Source: Paraphysomonas bandaiensis
Lineage: Eukaryota > Protista > Chrysophyceae
DNA: 64,000 nucleotides
Direction: 5' to 3'
Assembly: GCA_965644295.1 (NCBI GenBank)
Contig: CBFFRP010000296.1
Span: forward strand, 124,001-188,000
The translations under genes were made by a program, and so were the position numbers. Within the stretch, counting starts at the first letter, position 1. Each line of letters starts with the position of its first letter. The notes below the pieces were generated by a model. That model was not told the origin of the DNA. It saw only the letters and a program-made list of their open reading frames with translations, and ran no database searches. Positions 12,911 through 26,975 of this stretch are shown one piece after another.

Positions 12911-13064
12911 ATATATTGCTATCAATTTTGATAGTCATATATTACGGTGTAAACTATCGGAAAAAGAGGAAAGAGTATATTTTTTAATGCTATTTTTTCC
13001 GTACGTATCGCTCCCTCTGCACTACTTTCTATACTCTATACGTGTGCAACCACCTTCACTCTCT

Positions 13065-13340
13065 GTCCTTAAGGTGAATAGCGTGGATGCTTGACTTCAG
13101 CAGGCAGCCCAATACCCCGGATGCCCTTGAGGTGGACCCATTCCCGGATGCCAGTTTATTCGTCAAGACTCAAAGACGTCTACACAACACACAGGTGGCA
13201 CTCTTTAGTGTCCCTTGTACCACACAAGCATTTGACAATGAATGGACAGAACAATATTTGCTGTATATAATATGCGGCTTACATTAGATCCCGGAGAAAT
13301 CCCCCAGAACACCACGAGAGGTGCGAGACTTGGTTGAGGG
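13065..13340 (-). mobile_element. Internal fragment of dispersed retroelement-like family R
   Basis: cagcaggcagcccaataccccggatgcccttgaggtggacccattcccggatgccagtttatt..agacgtctac shared with 42945-43040 and, inverted, with 58355-58445. Confidence 0.7.
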
Positions 13341-14391
13341 GAATTTGGTGCTGTTTTTGGTGTCCGACATAATCGTTTTGTCAATGAACTCATCAGTAAA
13401 GAAGAGAAGAAAAGTAAGCAAGGCTATTGACCTCTCATTCGAAAAGTAAACCTATTCCCGGAAGGTAAAGTAGATTCAGAATACTTCCCTGCTACGTGTC
13501 CAAACCGCTCTGCCACCAGAAACCAGAAATGACTAATGTCACACGACACACGACACACGATAGTTCTCTATCATTCTTTCAGGCATACTTCCACGTCAAC
13601 TATATATCGTGCTGCACAGCCTGCTAGGGGTTGAGTTTTGCTGTTTGTAAGCAATTAAAGCTCTATTCTAAGTTCTAAGGTATTTAAATCATGGCTGTTT
13701 TAGAAGAATACAGTAGTGGTTAGCTGTATTTTGAAAACTAATGATATGATAGTGATTATAGTAGTGAAACTGAAATATATTGATCGAATAAGAACCTGAC
13801 TATCTAATATCGAAGTTGAGATAACGATTGCTAGTTGAGATAACACGAATAAGCGAATAAGTAATCGAATGACAATAAAAGGATAAGTGATTATCTTAAT
13901 TTATAATTATATCATTGTGTGTATACCAAGTTATTAACCATCCAAGTATGTCGAAATTTGACACTACGTAGCTACGTAGTACCTGGGGCTGTGTCCTAGT
14001 TTCTAGGGACTAGCATGAGATCTGTTCACCCTCTAATTCGACTTCAAAGATTCAAAGTGATAGTAGCCCGTACACTAAACACTATGCAGAAACCAGTATC
14101 AACCAGTAATAACTAGAATTGATTATAATTCTAACAGTAAGGAATAGCTACACTAATACCATTTGCCACGTTACATATTAAAGCTACATTCCGCTAACTG
14201 ACGTTGCCCCAATCGTTTCTCGTGACTGAAGGTCGAATCAACAATATCTTCTACCATTAAAATTAGTCAACAACAACATTTATATGAAGTAAATACTCAT
14301 GAACATTTGGTCCTACTTATGTGCAATGATATGCATGCACAGCGTCCACTAGTTCTGGAGCCTATGCAGATATATCACCATATGAAATTCT

Positions 14392-14903
14392 CTATGATAT
14401 TGCACAACAGCATCTATTGCCATCAGAATTACTACCACCATTGCTTGCAGACTGAGGGCTCGCAGCAAGGTTGGATTCAGCACAATTGCTATTTTTGGCG
14501 GGTGTGACAGGTGGTGCTTGCTTTTTCGACCCGCCCATACCAGCTGGTCTAATTGACACGTTCACAGGAGTTGGGTGATCCGCAAATATAGGAAATTTCG
14601 GCCCTATTATAAAATTAAGCACGTAATATTTATATGTAGTGTACTACCTAATGTGTTGCCATCTTTTAACTCTCCACATCCCATGCAAAGAAAGCGAATC
14701 CTGGACGTGTCATCGCACTGCTCAATAACTGCAAAAGTGTTACTGATCGTCAACAAAGGATAGCAGCTCTCACACTCACCAGAGGGCCACTGCTCTATTA
14801 GCTGTCTCTTCAGCTCCGATACTTGTGCAGTTGTGGAGGTAGGAATAGTCACGCTAACGCCATCGTGATTCGCAAATATAAACTTTAAATCTACTGATGC
14901 CAT
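14392..14903 (-). CDS. Membrane-anchored ubiquitin-fold protein (MUB/UBL3-like), 2 introns
   Basis: LKFIFAN..VSELK..LIEQWP, IRFLCMG..LKD, C-terminal CCCAIS CaaX box. Confidence 0.88.
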
Positions 14904-15771
14904 TGAAGATATATGATTGGGGGCTACTCTATTACTCCTAAAGGCATGAAGTTATCAATTTAAACGGCTAAGATCACTGCAGCGTTAATGAGCAGATGAT
15001 AAATTAACGTCCCCGTGCTGCGTCCTGCTGTGCTGGAGTTAGCTCATATGGGAAGTACACTACAGTACGATCGGTATGTATTTGTGTGCGTTGTATGTCC
15101 AATGCGAAGGCGATCCCATGCAGGACATCAACACATACAGCACCCATATGGGGTAGGTATTGTATACAGCAGTAGTACGGCAGTAGATACAGCAGTACTC
15201 TACATTCTCTATGAAATACAACCGTAGTTTCAAATTCGTAGATTTCTATAGGAAAAGTGTGGTGTTCCTCACACTACGTACTTCTTTAGGATTCAGCTTT
15301 TCATATTTTTAATATTTCCATTACCAGGTCAAGATTTACTGTCACAAGGCAGAGTGTTTATCTGAATTAATCTTCTGGGTGGCAGTAATTCCACTTCATT
15401 AAAAGGCACTTTAACAAGCACACCGGACAGCCGTCCGTTGTGGATATCCGTAACAGCTATACCTATGTATAATCTGTATACAGTCACCCTACAGGAACAC
15501 TCGGTTAATCCCATTAAAGTGAAGTTGTGTGGGGATGAATGGAATGGTTGGGAGGTGATGGAGCGGGAGTGGAGTGGCCGATACCAATAGAACACACACA
15601 TCCAGGTCACTGTAGGACAGTGTCTGTATATGTACAGTACGTATGTGTATACCTTCACATGACTGTATGGGTATGACTGCTAGCGGTGCAGTGTGTTACA
15701 GCGTGGTGTATATATATAGTAGAGGTGCACCGGCATTATAATCTAGTTAAAGCTACTTGGCATTCTCATCT

Positions 15772-18700
15772 ATGGCGAGCATGTCAGACAGCTTGTACGT
15801 GCACCAGTTCCGTTTCTCGAACTGGATGCCCACTGCAATCAGATCCATATCAGTGGACCCCTTCAGCGGGTTGGTGGCTGTGGGGAGGTCTGATGGAGAC
15901 ATAGAGGTTAGTAGATAGCCGCGTAGAGCTCTTGAAGCTGACAGAGTGTGCAGATATCTGATCCTCACGGGAAGTGGTACACTCAAGGGCGCATTAAAGG
16001 CCGAGATGACTTCCAGCTTAATGGATTGGCATTCTCCTCATCCGCTGAAGAATCCGGACGACTTTTCGGGGTTTCCTCACATGGTTTCTTGTTTGAGGTA
16101 GCGACGAAAATGTGCTCTGTGTGTTTGATATAATAGTTGCGTGTGTTCAGGTCGATTGCGGTTCTCTTGCCCTGAGCACTATCAGGGATTCCTATGGTGG
16201 TTCAATCTGGTCGATCGCTGCAAGCAAACGTCGTCCAATTTTAGGAATTGGATGTGAAGATGGTACAGCGAAGCTGTTCAGTTACGAAAATGGAGGTTTA
16301 GAATATGTGAAGTCATTTCCGGCCACTGGGAGCAGAGTATTGTGTGTGTGTTTCGATCCAACACAACCACGAATTCTACTTGGTGGGGGCGATGGGAGTA
16401 TTCGATGTTACGATGAGGTACGTTGTTTCCATGCACTTTAAAACGCAGTTTAACACATATTAATAAATACAGGATACAGGAATAAATATTTATCGTCTCG
16501 CTGGTGATAGTATGAAGGGCGACCCTTCCTCCATATGGAGTCTGTGTGTCCTATCAGATTCCACTATTGTTTCAGGTGAGTTGCATATTTTAGCTCTCAT
16601 ACGTTGTATCGCTTACTTTCTTTGGTTTTTATAACAGGCGATACTAAAGGACAGTTGCAATTTTGGCGGGGGACCACCGGTGATGAGCTCCTATGCACGA
16701 TCACACAGCATACCTCGCGTATTATGTGCATATGCGCCAGTACCAATGAGGACAAGATTTTTGCTAGTGGTGTGGACTCCAGAGTAATTTGTGTAAACCG
16801 CATTCAGACTGCTGCTGCAAGTGTCAAAGCTAATTCGAATCAGGTAGATTTAGCTTAGTACTCTGTAGTTGCGCCTTATATGCGGTTTGTTGTCTCATTA
16901 CAGGTCAAGTGGGTATACACCAGCGCCCATCGTCCCCACTCACATGACGTTTATTCTCTTGCTATCGTCCCTCCCGCTCACACATCTGCAGAGAACAGGT
17001 GCGTGAATGATAATATTTTGAGTTTTTCTAATGGAAGATGTTCAGTGAGGCTAAAGGAGGTCTTCTACTATCTGGTACGAATCCAACACATATTTAACCA
17101 TGCATTTAATGGCTTATATATATAGGTGGACTAGACTGCAAGTTGTGCATGTATGCAGTGGATGATTTTGTAGGTGTCCGACCTAGTTGGGTTTTACCCA
17201 TTCCTGCTAGGTAGTGCATCATTTCATTAAATACCATTCTGAATATTCACTTTCTTATATATCCTTCAATCATATTTAGATTGCGCGGCTCTTAGTTTTA
17301 ATATTTGCATTATAGGGGTTTGACTGCGGCAAACTCTGATTCCTCCATTATGGCATTAAAACACCGAAACTATGTCGACCTCTGGACGCTTTGCCGGAGT
17401 GCTCTTCCCACCGAGCAAATTGATAGTACTGGTGGAAAGGAGGGTGCATGTAGAGCTGCTTGTCGTATTCAGCTCAAAGAAGATGTACCTGAACGAGATC
17501 ACATCCATAGTGTTGCGATGACAGCCAGCGGTGACATGATCGCAGTTTCTGGCGGGGCAGCTGATGGAAGTGAGGACAGTACTGTGGGACTTCGCATGTG
17601 GACGGTACGAACCAATGGAAGTGGGGAAAACAAAGTTCTTACGACCGCACGTATTCCTCTCCCACAAGACTTAAAAGAAGCTGTCGGGGGTGATGTATCG
17701 TGCCAGGCACTGAGCTTTAGTGAGGACGGACATAGTCTTGCAGTGGCCACGTCAGAGGGCCCAAACATGAACATTCTTCTTTTGGATATTGTGAAAAACA
17801 CGACCGAAGTAGCTGTCACTTTGCGAAAGAAGCTTCATCACACTCGTAGCATGCGGAAGTTCCTTCAGTCAGGTGATCAGGCCACTGCGCAGGATAAAAT
17901 TTCAGTCATGACTAAGCTCTCGATGGCTATCGACAGTCTGGATTTCAGCTCAGGTAGTCGCTGGTTAGCTGTATCAAGTTGCGGCAATCGTGTCGCTGTA
18001 TATGAGTTGGACAGGTACGTATTGGCCAGTACAGTGTTATATTTCTCATGTAATCTTCACAGACTGGCATTGCATTGGGTGCTGCCTGCCTTCCCTAGTC
18101 CTGTGTCCTGTATGGCTTTTCACCCCACATCGGAGAACTCTCTGCTGGTAGTTTCATCGGGAGATAACTCATTTCAGATATTCGATGTCATGGAGATGGA
18201 CCTCACTCCATGGTCGAAAGAAAATTCAGACATTGTACCCAAGTGGTCAGCTTCTCTGCAAAGATCAGCAATGGGAGCTGTATATAACGTGTCGTTTGAT
18301 CCATCTTGTGATGCTTCTTTTGTTCTACACGGACAGGGTTTCAGCGCCTACATCAATCTCGATGGGTGTCTTCCTCCTGACGACAAACCATCTTCCGAAG
18401 CCATTCCACTCCCTGTTGTCATTGATAATGATGGGCAGCCTACCCTCAATGCCGATGTGACTGCATTGCCCTACAGCAGAAAAAACATGAAGAAAAGAAA
18501 GAAAATCCAGAAAATGTTAGAAGAAAATTCTTCTGGTGTCTCTTCACCGGCAAAGAGACTTCGTGAAAGTAATTCTAGTGGCAGAAACTTTTCTGTTGTT
18601 AAAACACATCGCAGTTTGGTGCACTTAGCTCTTCTTGGGTCTCAAGAAATGGTTCGATATATGTATATTTTATTTTAAGCTGTTCTAAATATAGGTTATC

Positions 18701-18783
18701 TGTAGGTTGTTGTGGAGAATCCTTGGGTTAGAATACTGGAAAGTCTGCCGGACACTTTAGCTAGAAAGAGATATGCTACATAA
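15772..18783 (+). CDS. UTP4: U3 snoRNA-associated WD40 protein UTP4/cirhin, about 10 exons
   Basis: N-terminal VHQFRFSNWMPTAI..AVGRSDGDIE, GCEDG, FASGVDSRV, HRPHSHDV, C-terminal VVENPW..LP..LARKRY. Confidence 0.9.
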
Positions 18784-19072
18784 ATGGTTTTAGCGTAATG
18801 TGTCTCATGTTGAGTATGTATAATTCAACATTTTGAAAAAACTATATTTTAAGAGTAATGAACTGCTTAACCGATAGATGCAAGCAGTACAGTCATCTAA
18901 TCGGAGCACACGCTTTCATCAAGAGAGTTTTCGATAGCTTTTTAGAAAAGCTTCGTACAATAGAATGGCACTGGTACTGATAACTGATAATTCAACTTTC
19001 GTATAAATAGATAGAATAATAATGTACAAAGTAATATAAAACACTAAGTAGAAGGGAATCACACACGTGTAC

Positions 19073-19273
19073 CAGGGCCTGGTAACCATTAATGGTAGTC
19101 CAGTTCCCGGCAATGATTATAATGGCATTAATGAAAAAGTCCCGGCAATTATAATGGCCATTAATACCTTCTAACTTAAAGTAGATAACACCACTCATGT
19201 AATAGATAGTGTTGTGCTCCCTTAATTACTAATGACCATTAATGCCATTACCATTAATGGTTACCAGGCCCTG
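19073..19273. mobile_element. 201 bp hAT-type MITE
   Basis: TIR cagggcctggtaaccattaatggta; perfect 8 bp TSD ACGTGTAC (19065-19072, 19274-19281). Confidence 0.95.
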
Positions 19274-19579
19274 ACGTGTACATGTGTGATGTGTGAAATA
19301 TGCACAGTTTAATTACATAACATAGTACCCCCATTTGTCTCGAATCTCGAATAGTTTGTATGAATTGTGTTCAACCAGAAAATATATATATATTCAATTT
19401 TAATGTTTAGTTTGAACGTTTGAACAGAATCAATCTTCTATCTTAATTATAATGATATTATTGACAGTCATTTAGTGACCCAGCTTCCAAAAGAAAATTA
19501 TCAAACACTCCAATTTATATTCTCTCCTTCGACTGCTGTAGAATGTAGAAGATCCTAATGATATCAATTTCTCTATTAT

Positions 19580-19930
19580 TAAAACCAGGATCTATAATTA
19601 TTTTTCAAGAATATAAGAGGAGAGTTCTTATTTCACATCTGATTCTGAAGGTGATTTGGAAAAAGCAGTGACACCCAGTGCTTTCACTATTTAGGTCATC
19701 CTATACACAGAATTCGAGTCAGTTGCATTATCTTCATATAAATGTAATGGTGATGCCAACAACAAGACGCTTCATGTGACTACAATTTTCATTTTCATTT
19801 TCATCTTCTTATTTATGTAAGAATTTTATACATACATACCTCGCAGTTTATTATCCCCTCTTAGTATCCTTCTGCGGCGGTAGGGGCACACTTTTGTTGA
19901 TGTATAGGTTTTATTGAATTCGGGAATTTA
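19580..19930 (+). repeat. Degenerate dispersed repeat; further copies at ~43235-43550 and ~43610-43960
   Basis: Shared blocks caagaatat..gagagttc, cctatacaca..attcgagtcagtt, tgatgcca, gcttcatgtgactac, cagtatccttctg. Confidence 0.7.
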
Positions 19931-21684
19931 TTGTTTAAAGTTTTAATCAAGTACAATTACCTTACCCTAAGCTTTTGTATAGATACAAAACAATACACAT
20001 TGATTTTATGTGTTTTCTTAATATCATTTTGTTAATCAGGGCGCACCTATTTCATCTGACTGCAAGCAAGCTAGAAATAAATAGCTATACATTCAAATAA
20101 AATGTTTTTAAAATATATATAGCTAACAAATACGTCAACTAAATTGTAATTTCATTGTTTTTGAATAAGTACTAAGATGTCATGCTTGTAAAAGTTAACC
20201 TCTCATAATTATTGGTAGTGCTATACAAATACTTTATGCGCCGATATTATTATCGTGTTCGCTGTTTTGTTCCAGCTTAATTGTGCATTCGATTGTATTT
20301 TCAAGGAAACTAATATCATCGTTCCTCATCATCCACTTTTTCTTCATCGAGTTCACCTTCGTACATCCGAAAAAGCGGCACATCTTTGCTGGTTTAGTGC
20401 GATTCAGTTCTTCCATAGTATCCACGCTGAATATTGTCTCCTGCTTTCTAGCAATGTCCGGACATCATCCCATTAAAGTTGTTCTTCTCATCTGAGTAAA
20501 AACGTTATAGACCACCCCTATCCTGCTGGTATGATCCACTTTGCTATGATTAATTCCAGGACATACATCAACATCAAAATAAAATATCCACGCATATAAG
20601 TAGAGACTTCAATATTACCTCTTTACCTTAATGCAGTGAACAACTCTATTTGATGCTCACGACGGTCGTTGCGGAGGGACTCAGTTTGTTAAAAATTATA
20701 TACTGTCACACAATAATGATAAAGTAGTGACTGTGCACATAAAACTTAGTTCTTCTATGAGAACAAATAATGGGTTTGTGCCTGTGATTAAAAGCTATGA
20801 AGAAGCTTATGATGTTTTTTATAATTAATTGGTGAGAGATATTATCCAATAACAATACTTTCAAATTTCTTAATTTAAGTTTCACTTAATATACTTAGGT
20901 GTGGTAATCAATTATAATTTCAATCATTATTGGCCGACTGATTAATTGATGTAGTAGCTATACATCTGCTTCCAATATAGCTTGCTTCTAACAATAATTT
21001 CATTCCAGAGGCGATTAAATATGGTTTCATGGTTATTTGGTTTAGATCATAAGCAGTAACTGCAATCCTTATCCTAGCGAACTATATAATCCTTCTCCCA
21101 GTTCACGTTTTAATAGCTACATATACCAATATACCATATACTACATGCTGCATATATGCAATCTGTGCCCCATATGATTATGTGAAATCGCAAGTAAAAT
21201 ACGCACTCCGATTATAATTATAGCTTGCCAATATCAAATTGATGATACTTCCAATATTTCAATTACTTGAAGAAATTTTTCTGTCCCATTTTTTATTATT
21301 GCCAATTAATTGCAATGAATTGAAAATCAATAGGTACACAGCCCACAACCCTGATACCCATTTATTTTTTAGAATATTAAGTCAAAGTGGGTGATATATA
21401 TGTAGTGTCAATAATATGAGGCAATAAGTAACCCTGAGGATTAAGGCTTTGAATATTCGCTGAGAGCATGATTGCTACTTTTAACATGACATTTATTATA
21501 GGTATAAGCTATATACTGTACATTATATTATAACCACAAATCTAGTAATCGCGGCAACAATATTTTATATCTGTTCCGCTGCGGAGATAATATTGAACGA
21601 AAAAAAACACTTTATAAAACTGTACACGATCTGCAGTCCTTGTATCCTGCAACACAACGAATCTGTAGCAAAGAATACTTTTCA

Positions 21685-22374
21685 TTACACTGTTCCCCTT
21701 CGTCCCCTTCTTTTCGCACCAGGAGTAGTGGCTGGAGCAACATGCACTTTGGCCATGAGGCTGGAGGATTTGTTAGAATTATTTGTTTTTCTGTTTAATG
21801 GTGAGGAAGGTACTTTTACCCACATACTACCGATGAAGCTGAGTACTTTAGACATCTTTCGCTCTTCTGTTCTCACTTTCACACTCGCTGTGGGTGGAGG
21901 CTCCCCGTTGGGGTTCATTTGACAAGCATGCCGATATCTTTCGAGAGAAGAGATTTCATCGACCCATGCCACCTGCGTGAGGGGAGTTGGCGGCGCAAGA
22001 TCACACTCTTTTAGGAAATGAGCTAGTGTATCCTTGGGATGCTGGTGCTCCAATGGCTTATACAGCCCAATATACTTCAGTAGGTTTTTTAACTCGGCAG
22101 TGGGCAGAGCGACGTGTAGAGTGTCCTCGAACCATTCCATGAGGCCGATAACATCCACAGGCGGATAGCAGATCTCCTCAAACACTCGTCTGATAATCAT
22201 AGCCCGCACATTCTCCACTTTATCTTTCGTAAATCTATTTTCAAATCTTCTGAGAGTCTTCATGAGCGTCTCTGTGTCGATGCTATCAGTGACCTGCCCC
22301 ATCTCATCGCCTCTCACTATCTTCTGTCGGACCACCACCTGCTGGGTCTCCTTCATCTTAGCAACACCACTCAT
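21685..22374 (-). CDS. Hypothetical 229 aa protein with basic C-terminal tail
   Basis: Clean ORF with coding-like composition and an RY-rich upstream region; no recognised domain. Confidence 0.65.
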   Translation of the reverse strand: MSGVAKMKETQQVVVRQKIVRGDEMGQVTDSIDTETLMKTLRRFENRFTKDKVENVRAMIIRRVFEEICYPPVDVIGLMEWFEDTLHVALPTAELKNLLKYIGLYKPLEHQHPKDTLAHFLKECDLAPPTPLTQVAWVDEISSLERYRHACQMNPNGEPPPTASVKVRTEERKMSKVLSFIGSMWVKVPSSPLNRKTNNSNKSSSLMAKVHVAPATTPGAKRRGRRGTV

Positions 22375-23691
22375 TTACTCAGTTAATCATCGCATGTATG
22401 TTTCTATGAGTAGGGTGCTTTGTTCTGTTCTCAAGTGTGTGGGTGGTAAGTGTGGTTTGGTAAGGTGTCAATGTATGTATCGCCAGAGGGGGGATACATA
22501 CATACACGCATGCATATATATTCTGTGCGGAGATATATAGACGAACACGTCCATCTCCAGCGGTAGGGTGTACCATGTAGGATGTACGTATACAACAAGA
22601 GGATTCTGCTAATGCGTGCTGCTGTATACTATGAGTACATGCTCTATGCAACACTCTAAACGTTACGTTCCACGAGTGTAGTCTATATACGGTGGTATAC
22701 CGTACCGTACACTGCTACTGTAATACTACGACGTACTATCAGGGTCGGAGACGAGGCAAGTATCTGACAGTTACTGCACACACTGCTGACTCGTCTACGA
22801 GTCGAAGATAGTATACATGCATGCTGATACATCTCTGACTGCTGCCTGCCTGTCTGATAAATGTACAGCGTATTAGATCGAGAGATATGCGCAATAGGTA
22901 CTCTAGATGGGGTGTATAATTTCGCTTGTTCGTAGATTGAATCTATGTACGTGTAGATGGTATCTGGACACTGCCATGATAACGACTATACCGTGCAATC
23001 GACTATCTAAGGACCCCTGTTGAAGACATCTGTGAAGTACTCCACACGATTCAATATTTAAACGTTACGGTTCCGATGTATGAGAGTTATATTGAAACCA
23101 TTGTGAAGTACTTCGAATTGCCCTTTTCGGCATATGATAACACCGCTGCAGTTCTATTACAGACTTCACATAGCATGAATCCGGAGATAATATGTCAAAA
23201 CTGGCGTATAACACTGATAGTGACGACAGTATACAATGGAAACACCGCTGCGCACTGAATGCGTATATACATTGAACGCTAGTCAATTCTATCTGTCGAG
23301 TTGTAGCGAAAGTGATGCTTAGATGTCAAACACTATGTATATGAACACCGCCAAAGATTTTAAAAATTAACTTTGCATATAACTCTACTACCAGTTCAGT
23401 GCTATGTACTAATACAGCCGATTATATTAACTGTGGCAGCCACGAATAATGCTAAACGGATAGTTATACAAGCTGAAACTTTCCCACTGTTTAGATATCA
23501 TTATCTCAAATATACTACACATAAATAGTTCATACTGTAACTCTCGGTGTGTGTTACAACATCACGAATCATCTATTTATGGGGGCATAGTATAGCCCAA
23601 TATAGTGTATCGAAGTAATATAGATGTACATATCAGTCCTAATTATAGACACAATACTAATTATATTCAACTCACTTGTATCAGCTGTATA

Positions 23692-25254
23692 TTAACTACT
23701 ATCCAAGTCAACCAAGGACATATCATATGCCCATATACACTCCTTCTCAGAGTCACTTTGTATAGGTCTCTTACCAGCGCTGATATCTGAAATCGCATCA
23801 TTCGTCTTTGGTACAACCGTACACGAAGAATAGGGGTCAACAGACGCTGGGGTAACACACACAACTGCACTGCGGGGCTGTGAAGTATTGGATGAAGTCG
23901 AAACAACTTCATCTCCTGTTTGTATGTTGTCCATCGACAAGAAACCCCTGCCATATGCGTCCCCATAACGATACCTATCACTAGTTTCTCTATCAAACTC
24001 ATCCTGATCAAAAGAAAAACAGTCATCTTCACTACTCTCCGAGAGCTGATCGGCATTGATATCTCGAGTGTCGATTTTATCGCGGTTTTGACGGGTTTGG
24101 AAACCATTCGAGTCATGTACTCGAGGGTGACTATTCAAACACAAGAAATAAGATAACACATTTTTCGCACTATTGAAAATTTTCCCTCTCATATAAACAG
24201 CCTTGGCCTTTTGAGGATGATGAACGGGGGAAGGGCTAGCGAAGAGACCTGATTTCGAATCCGGTGTAGCGGTATCATGCAATGTGATACGAGCCCTTGA
24301 GCGCATATGTTTAGGTCCGTCTTTGTGCAGACCGTTCATAAACCACCCATCTTTGTGTGCTACAGTATGACGACGGGCACTGCTTCGAGATGTATTAGGA
24401 TAGGTTGCGACAAATTCGTCCATGTATGCAATTACATTGTCTCCCATAGGAGACACCTGTATACTGCTATTCGCAGATTCACCTTCCTCAATTACCTTGG
24501 ACAGGTGCCGTACTAAGCTGGAATGCAGGGTGCGTCTTTCCAGTATCTCACGGAGTCCGACGACAAATTCAGTAGATAGCAGATAACGCTGAGCACTTTT
24601 AGCCCGCCTTGACTCAAGGGATTTCCAGAAGTTATCCCCGCCTGCAACATTCCGTAGATGGCATTGAAGAGATTGTACTGGTGAAATAACAGCACCACAA
24701 GTGTTAACTAATCCAAGGAACTGGTACCGAGTGTACCGCACATGAGATTGTTGCAATTCACTGACAGTTTTTTGAATTGTTATTTCAGGGTGATCCAGAG
24801 CGGTACCATGGATAGAATCCAGCATGTGAATAACTATTGTAGGGTCCATTTCCCCACTACAATTGCGATCAAATAAATCAAAAATCATACCTCCCAGACA
24901 ATCACTACTCATACTGAGGAAGTGCCATAAAGCACATGCTGTACCAGAAACATTACACAAAACTTGAGAGATAACAAGCCTCAGCTTACCGAATTCACAA
25001 AACGACAACTCCTCAGAGCGATTGCTGCAAAATGCTCTGAATATAGCCGAACTAATATCGATGGAATTGATTCCATAATGAGAAAATATTTGTTTCATTG
25101 AAACATTTGAAAGACCACACTCATCAATACTTTGAAACAAAGACTGTAATCTCTTTATATCACTTCTGGTGAGTGATAAATCTCTTAACACCCTCTCATC
25201 TTCCGCTGCGAGGTATGACTCGAAATCAAACTCACCCGAATGCCTCAGTCCCAT
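23692..25254 (-). CDS. EF-hand (calcineurin-B/recoverin-like) protein with long disordered C-terminus; probable in-frame intron ~24942-24989
   Basis: FQSIDECGLSNVS, LSFCEF, FDLFDRNCSGEMD. Confidence 0.75.
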   Translation of the reverse strand: MGLRHSGEFDFESYLAAEDERVLRDLSLTRSDIKRLQSLFQSIDECGLSNVSMKQIFSHYGINSIDISSAIFRAFCSNRSEELSFCEFGKLRLVISQVLCNVSGTACALWHFLSMSSDCLGGMIFDLFDRNCSGEMDPTIVIHMLDSIHGTALDHPEITIQKTVSELQQSHVRYTRYQFLGLVNTCGAVISPVQSLQCHLRNVAGGDNFWKSLESRRAKSAQRYLLSTEFVVGLREILERRTLHSSLVRHLSKVIEEGESANSSIQVSPMGDNVIAYMDEFVATYPNTSRSSARRHTVAHKDGWFMNGLHKDGPKHMRSRARITLHDTATPDSKSGLFASPSPVHHPQKAKAVYMRGKIFNSAKNVLSYFLCLNSHPRVHDSNGFQTRQNRDKIDTRDINADQLSESSEDDCFSFDQDEFDRETSDRYRYGDAYGRGFLSMDNIQTGDEVVSTSSNTSQPRSAVVCVTPASVDPYSSCTVVPKTNDAISDISAGKRPIQSDSEKECIWAYDMSLVDLDSS

Positions 25255-25822
25255 TCGTAGCTGTGTAGCGTATACTGAGCAGTATGGAGCTGCAATGTAT
25301 GCAATCGACACAGATATATATGAACATGTATTATCGAAGCCAAATACGCAAAAATGCTAAGCTTGTTACCGTTTACGTCATCCTCGTAGGTGGATTGAGC
25401 GAATGGTTGAGATATTTGTTTCTGTGGGATGGATTTATCTATGGCTATAGTCCACCCTCTCTGACGATAGCCGTGCTGCGAAGCTGTGCTGTGGATATGA
25501 GGGCATGGCTGTGTGTAGTATCTACTGCTGCTGTATACACTACTCCGGTACTGTGTATGTACAGGGCAGGGCATGTACACTAAAGGGTCACAACAACACG
25601 CTGCCACGAATACTCGGTATACGCCCACTGTACTCCGTATAAAATAACACCATAACACCCTACCGTTGCCTATATGATCTTATATACACTGGTGTACATA
25701 CACTACAGCACGTATGTTTCCCGGCCCTGCCGCATTGTATGTATCTATGCATCTATCATATCTGCCAAACAGTCTTCGTAAGTGATGCTCGACTAGCTGC
25801 CAACTTTACACACAGTGTGTTC

Positions 25823-26975
25823 ATGGCAACATCAGTAGAGGTAACATGTGTGTGTGCGGTTTCGATGTTCTATTTGTTGTTTCTGCAGTCCGGTCTGCTG
25901 CATCTTATTCCAGCAGCATTGCGGTGTGAAGACTGTTTGCACCTCTCGAACAAAGGCCTATCGTGGAAGTGTGCAGTCTTGTGCTTATCTTTAGGAAATT
26001 ATGTTCACTGTATTTATAAGTTTGGGATAAAGTATGCGACTGTGTATACTTGTGTTTGCCTTGTTACTATTGTGCTAATGGAGGAACTATCGCTGACGTA
26101 TGATGGAATTATATTTGGAGAGTATACATTTACTCATACATTGGGTTATCGAATAACCTCTAATTTGCCAGCTATAGTGCCAGTATGTTGGTTTTCTTTA
26201 GTTTATCCAACAATGTTACTGGTAAATATTATCAATCGAAAGGCAGTTTCGTCGATGCCATGCACGTTTCATGATGTTATCTCGTCTGCATTTCAAGGGT
26301 CTCTCTTATTGACCGCATTTGATGTAATTTCGGAGCCATTACATGTGACGTATGGTCATTTATTGTGGCATCATGCGGCCTTCATAGACTCACTGTCCCC
26401 GTTACACACATACGAAGTTATGCTGGACTGGAGTTTTAAACCAAATCAATCACTACAGTTTTATTACAATATTCCATTGCAGGTACCCGTTTCTATTTAT
26501 GTTTGCCAGTTTAAATGCTAATTCCCTGTGGTGTGGTAATACTGTATTGTATTGTAGTGCGCGAATTTAAATCATGATATATCTTACAATGATGTCCTGT
26601 ATAAAGTGCACACTTCTATAGTGCATAGAGTATTTGCTGACAAGATTACCACTGACTTGAGTTTAGAATTTTACAGGGTGGATGCTGACAAGTTTTGTGA
26701 TGCACTCTCTTACTTATGCAGTCGCAGCATCACCCCGTAAGGAAATAAAAATGTTTCTTGGAAAAGTACGACAGCCGCAATCCCGAGTCGTTACACCAAC
26801 AACAACAAAGAAAAGCTGCGTGGGGATATTTCTAGATGTTTTACCAATTGTATCCGGATTACTCTGTGTGCAGCTGTACTATCTACTGCATCCATGTCAT
26901 CCTTTTTTGATAAGGTGTCTGGCTGCGGTATATGCGATGGGAATATCCGCATTTGTATGCATTAAACTTAACTAA
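25823..26975 (+). CDS. CruF/DUF422-like carotenoid biosynthesis (1,2-hydratase) membrane protein, 2 introns
   Basis: EEL..T.G.IFGEYTFTHTLG, LPAIVPVCW, AFDVISEP, W, and YNIPLQ|NFTGW across intron 26483-26666. Confidence 0.8.

Noticed and set aside
20230-20520. Possible transposase remnant
   Set aside because: Coding-like but no motif or TIR that I could assign
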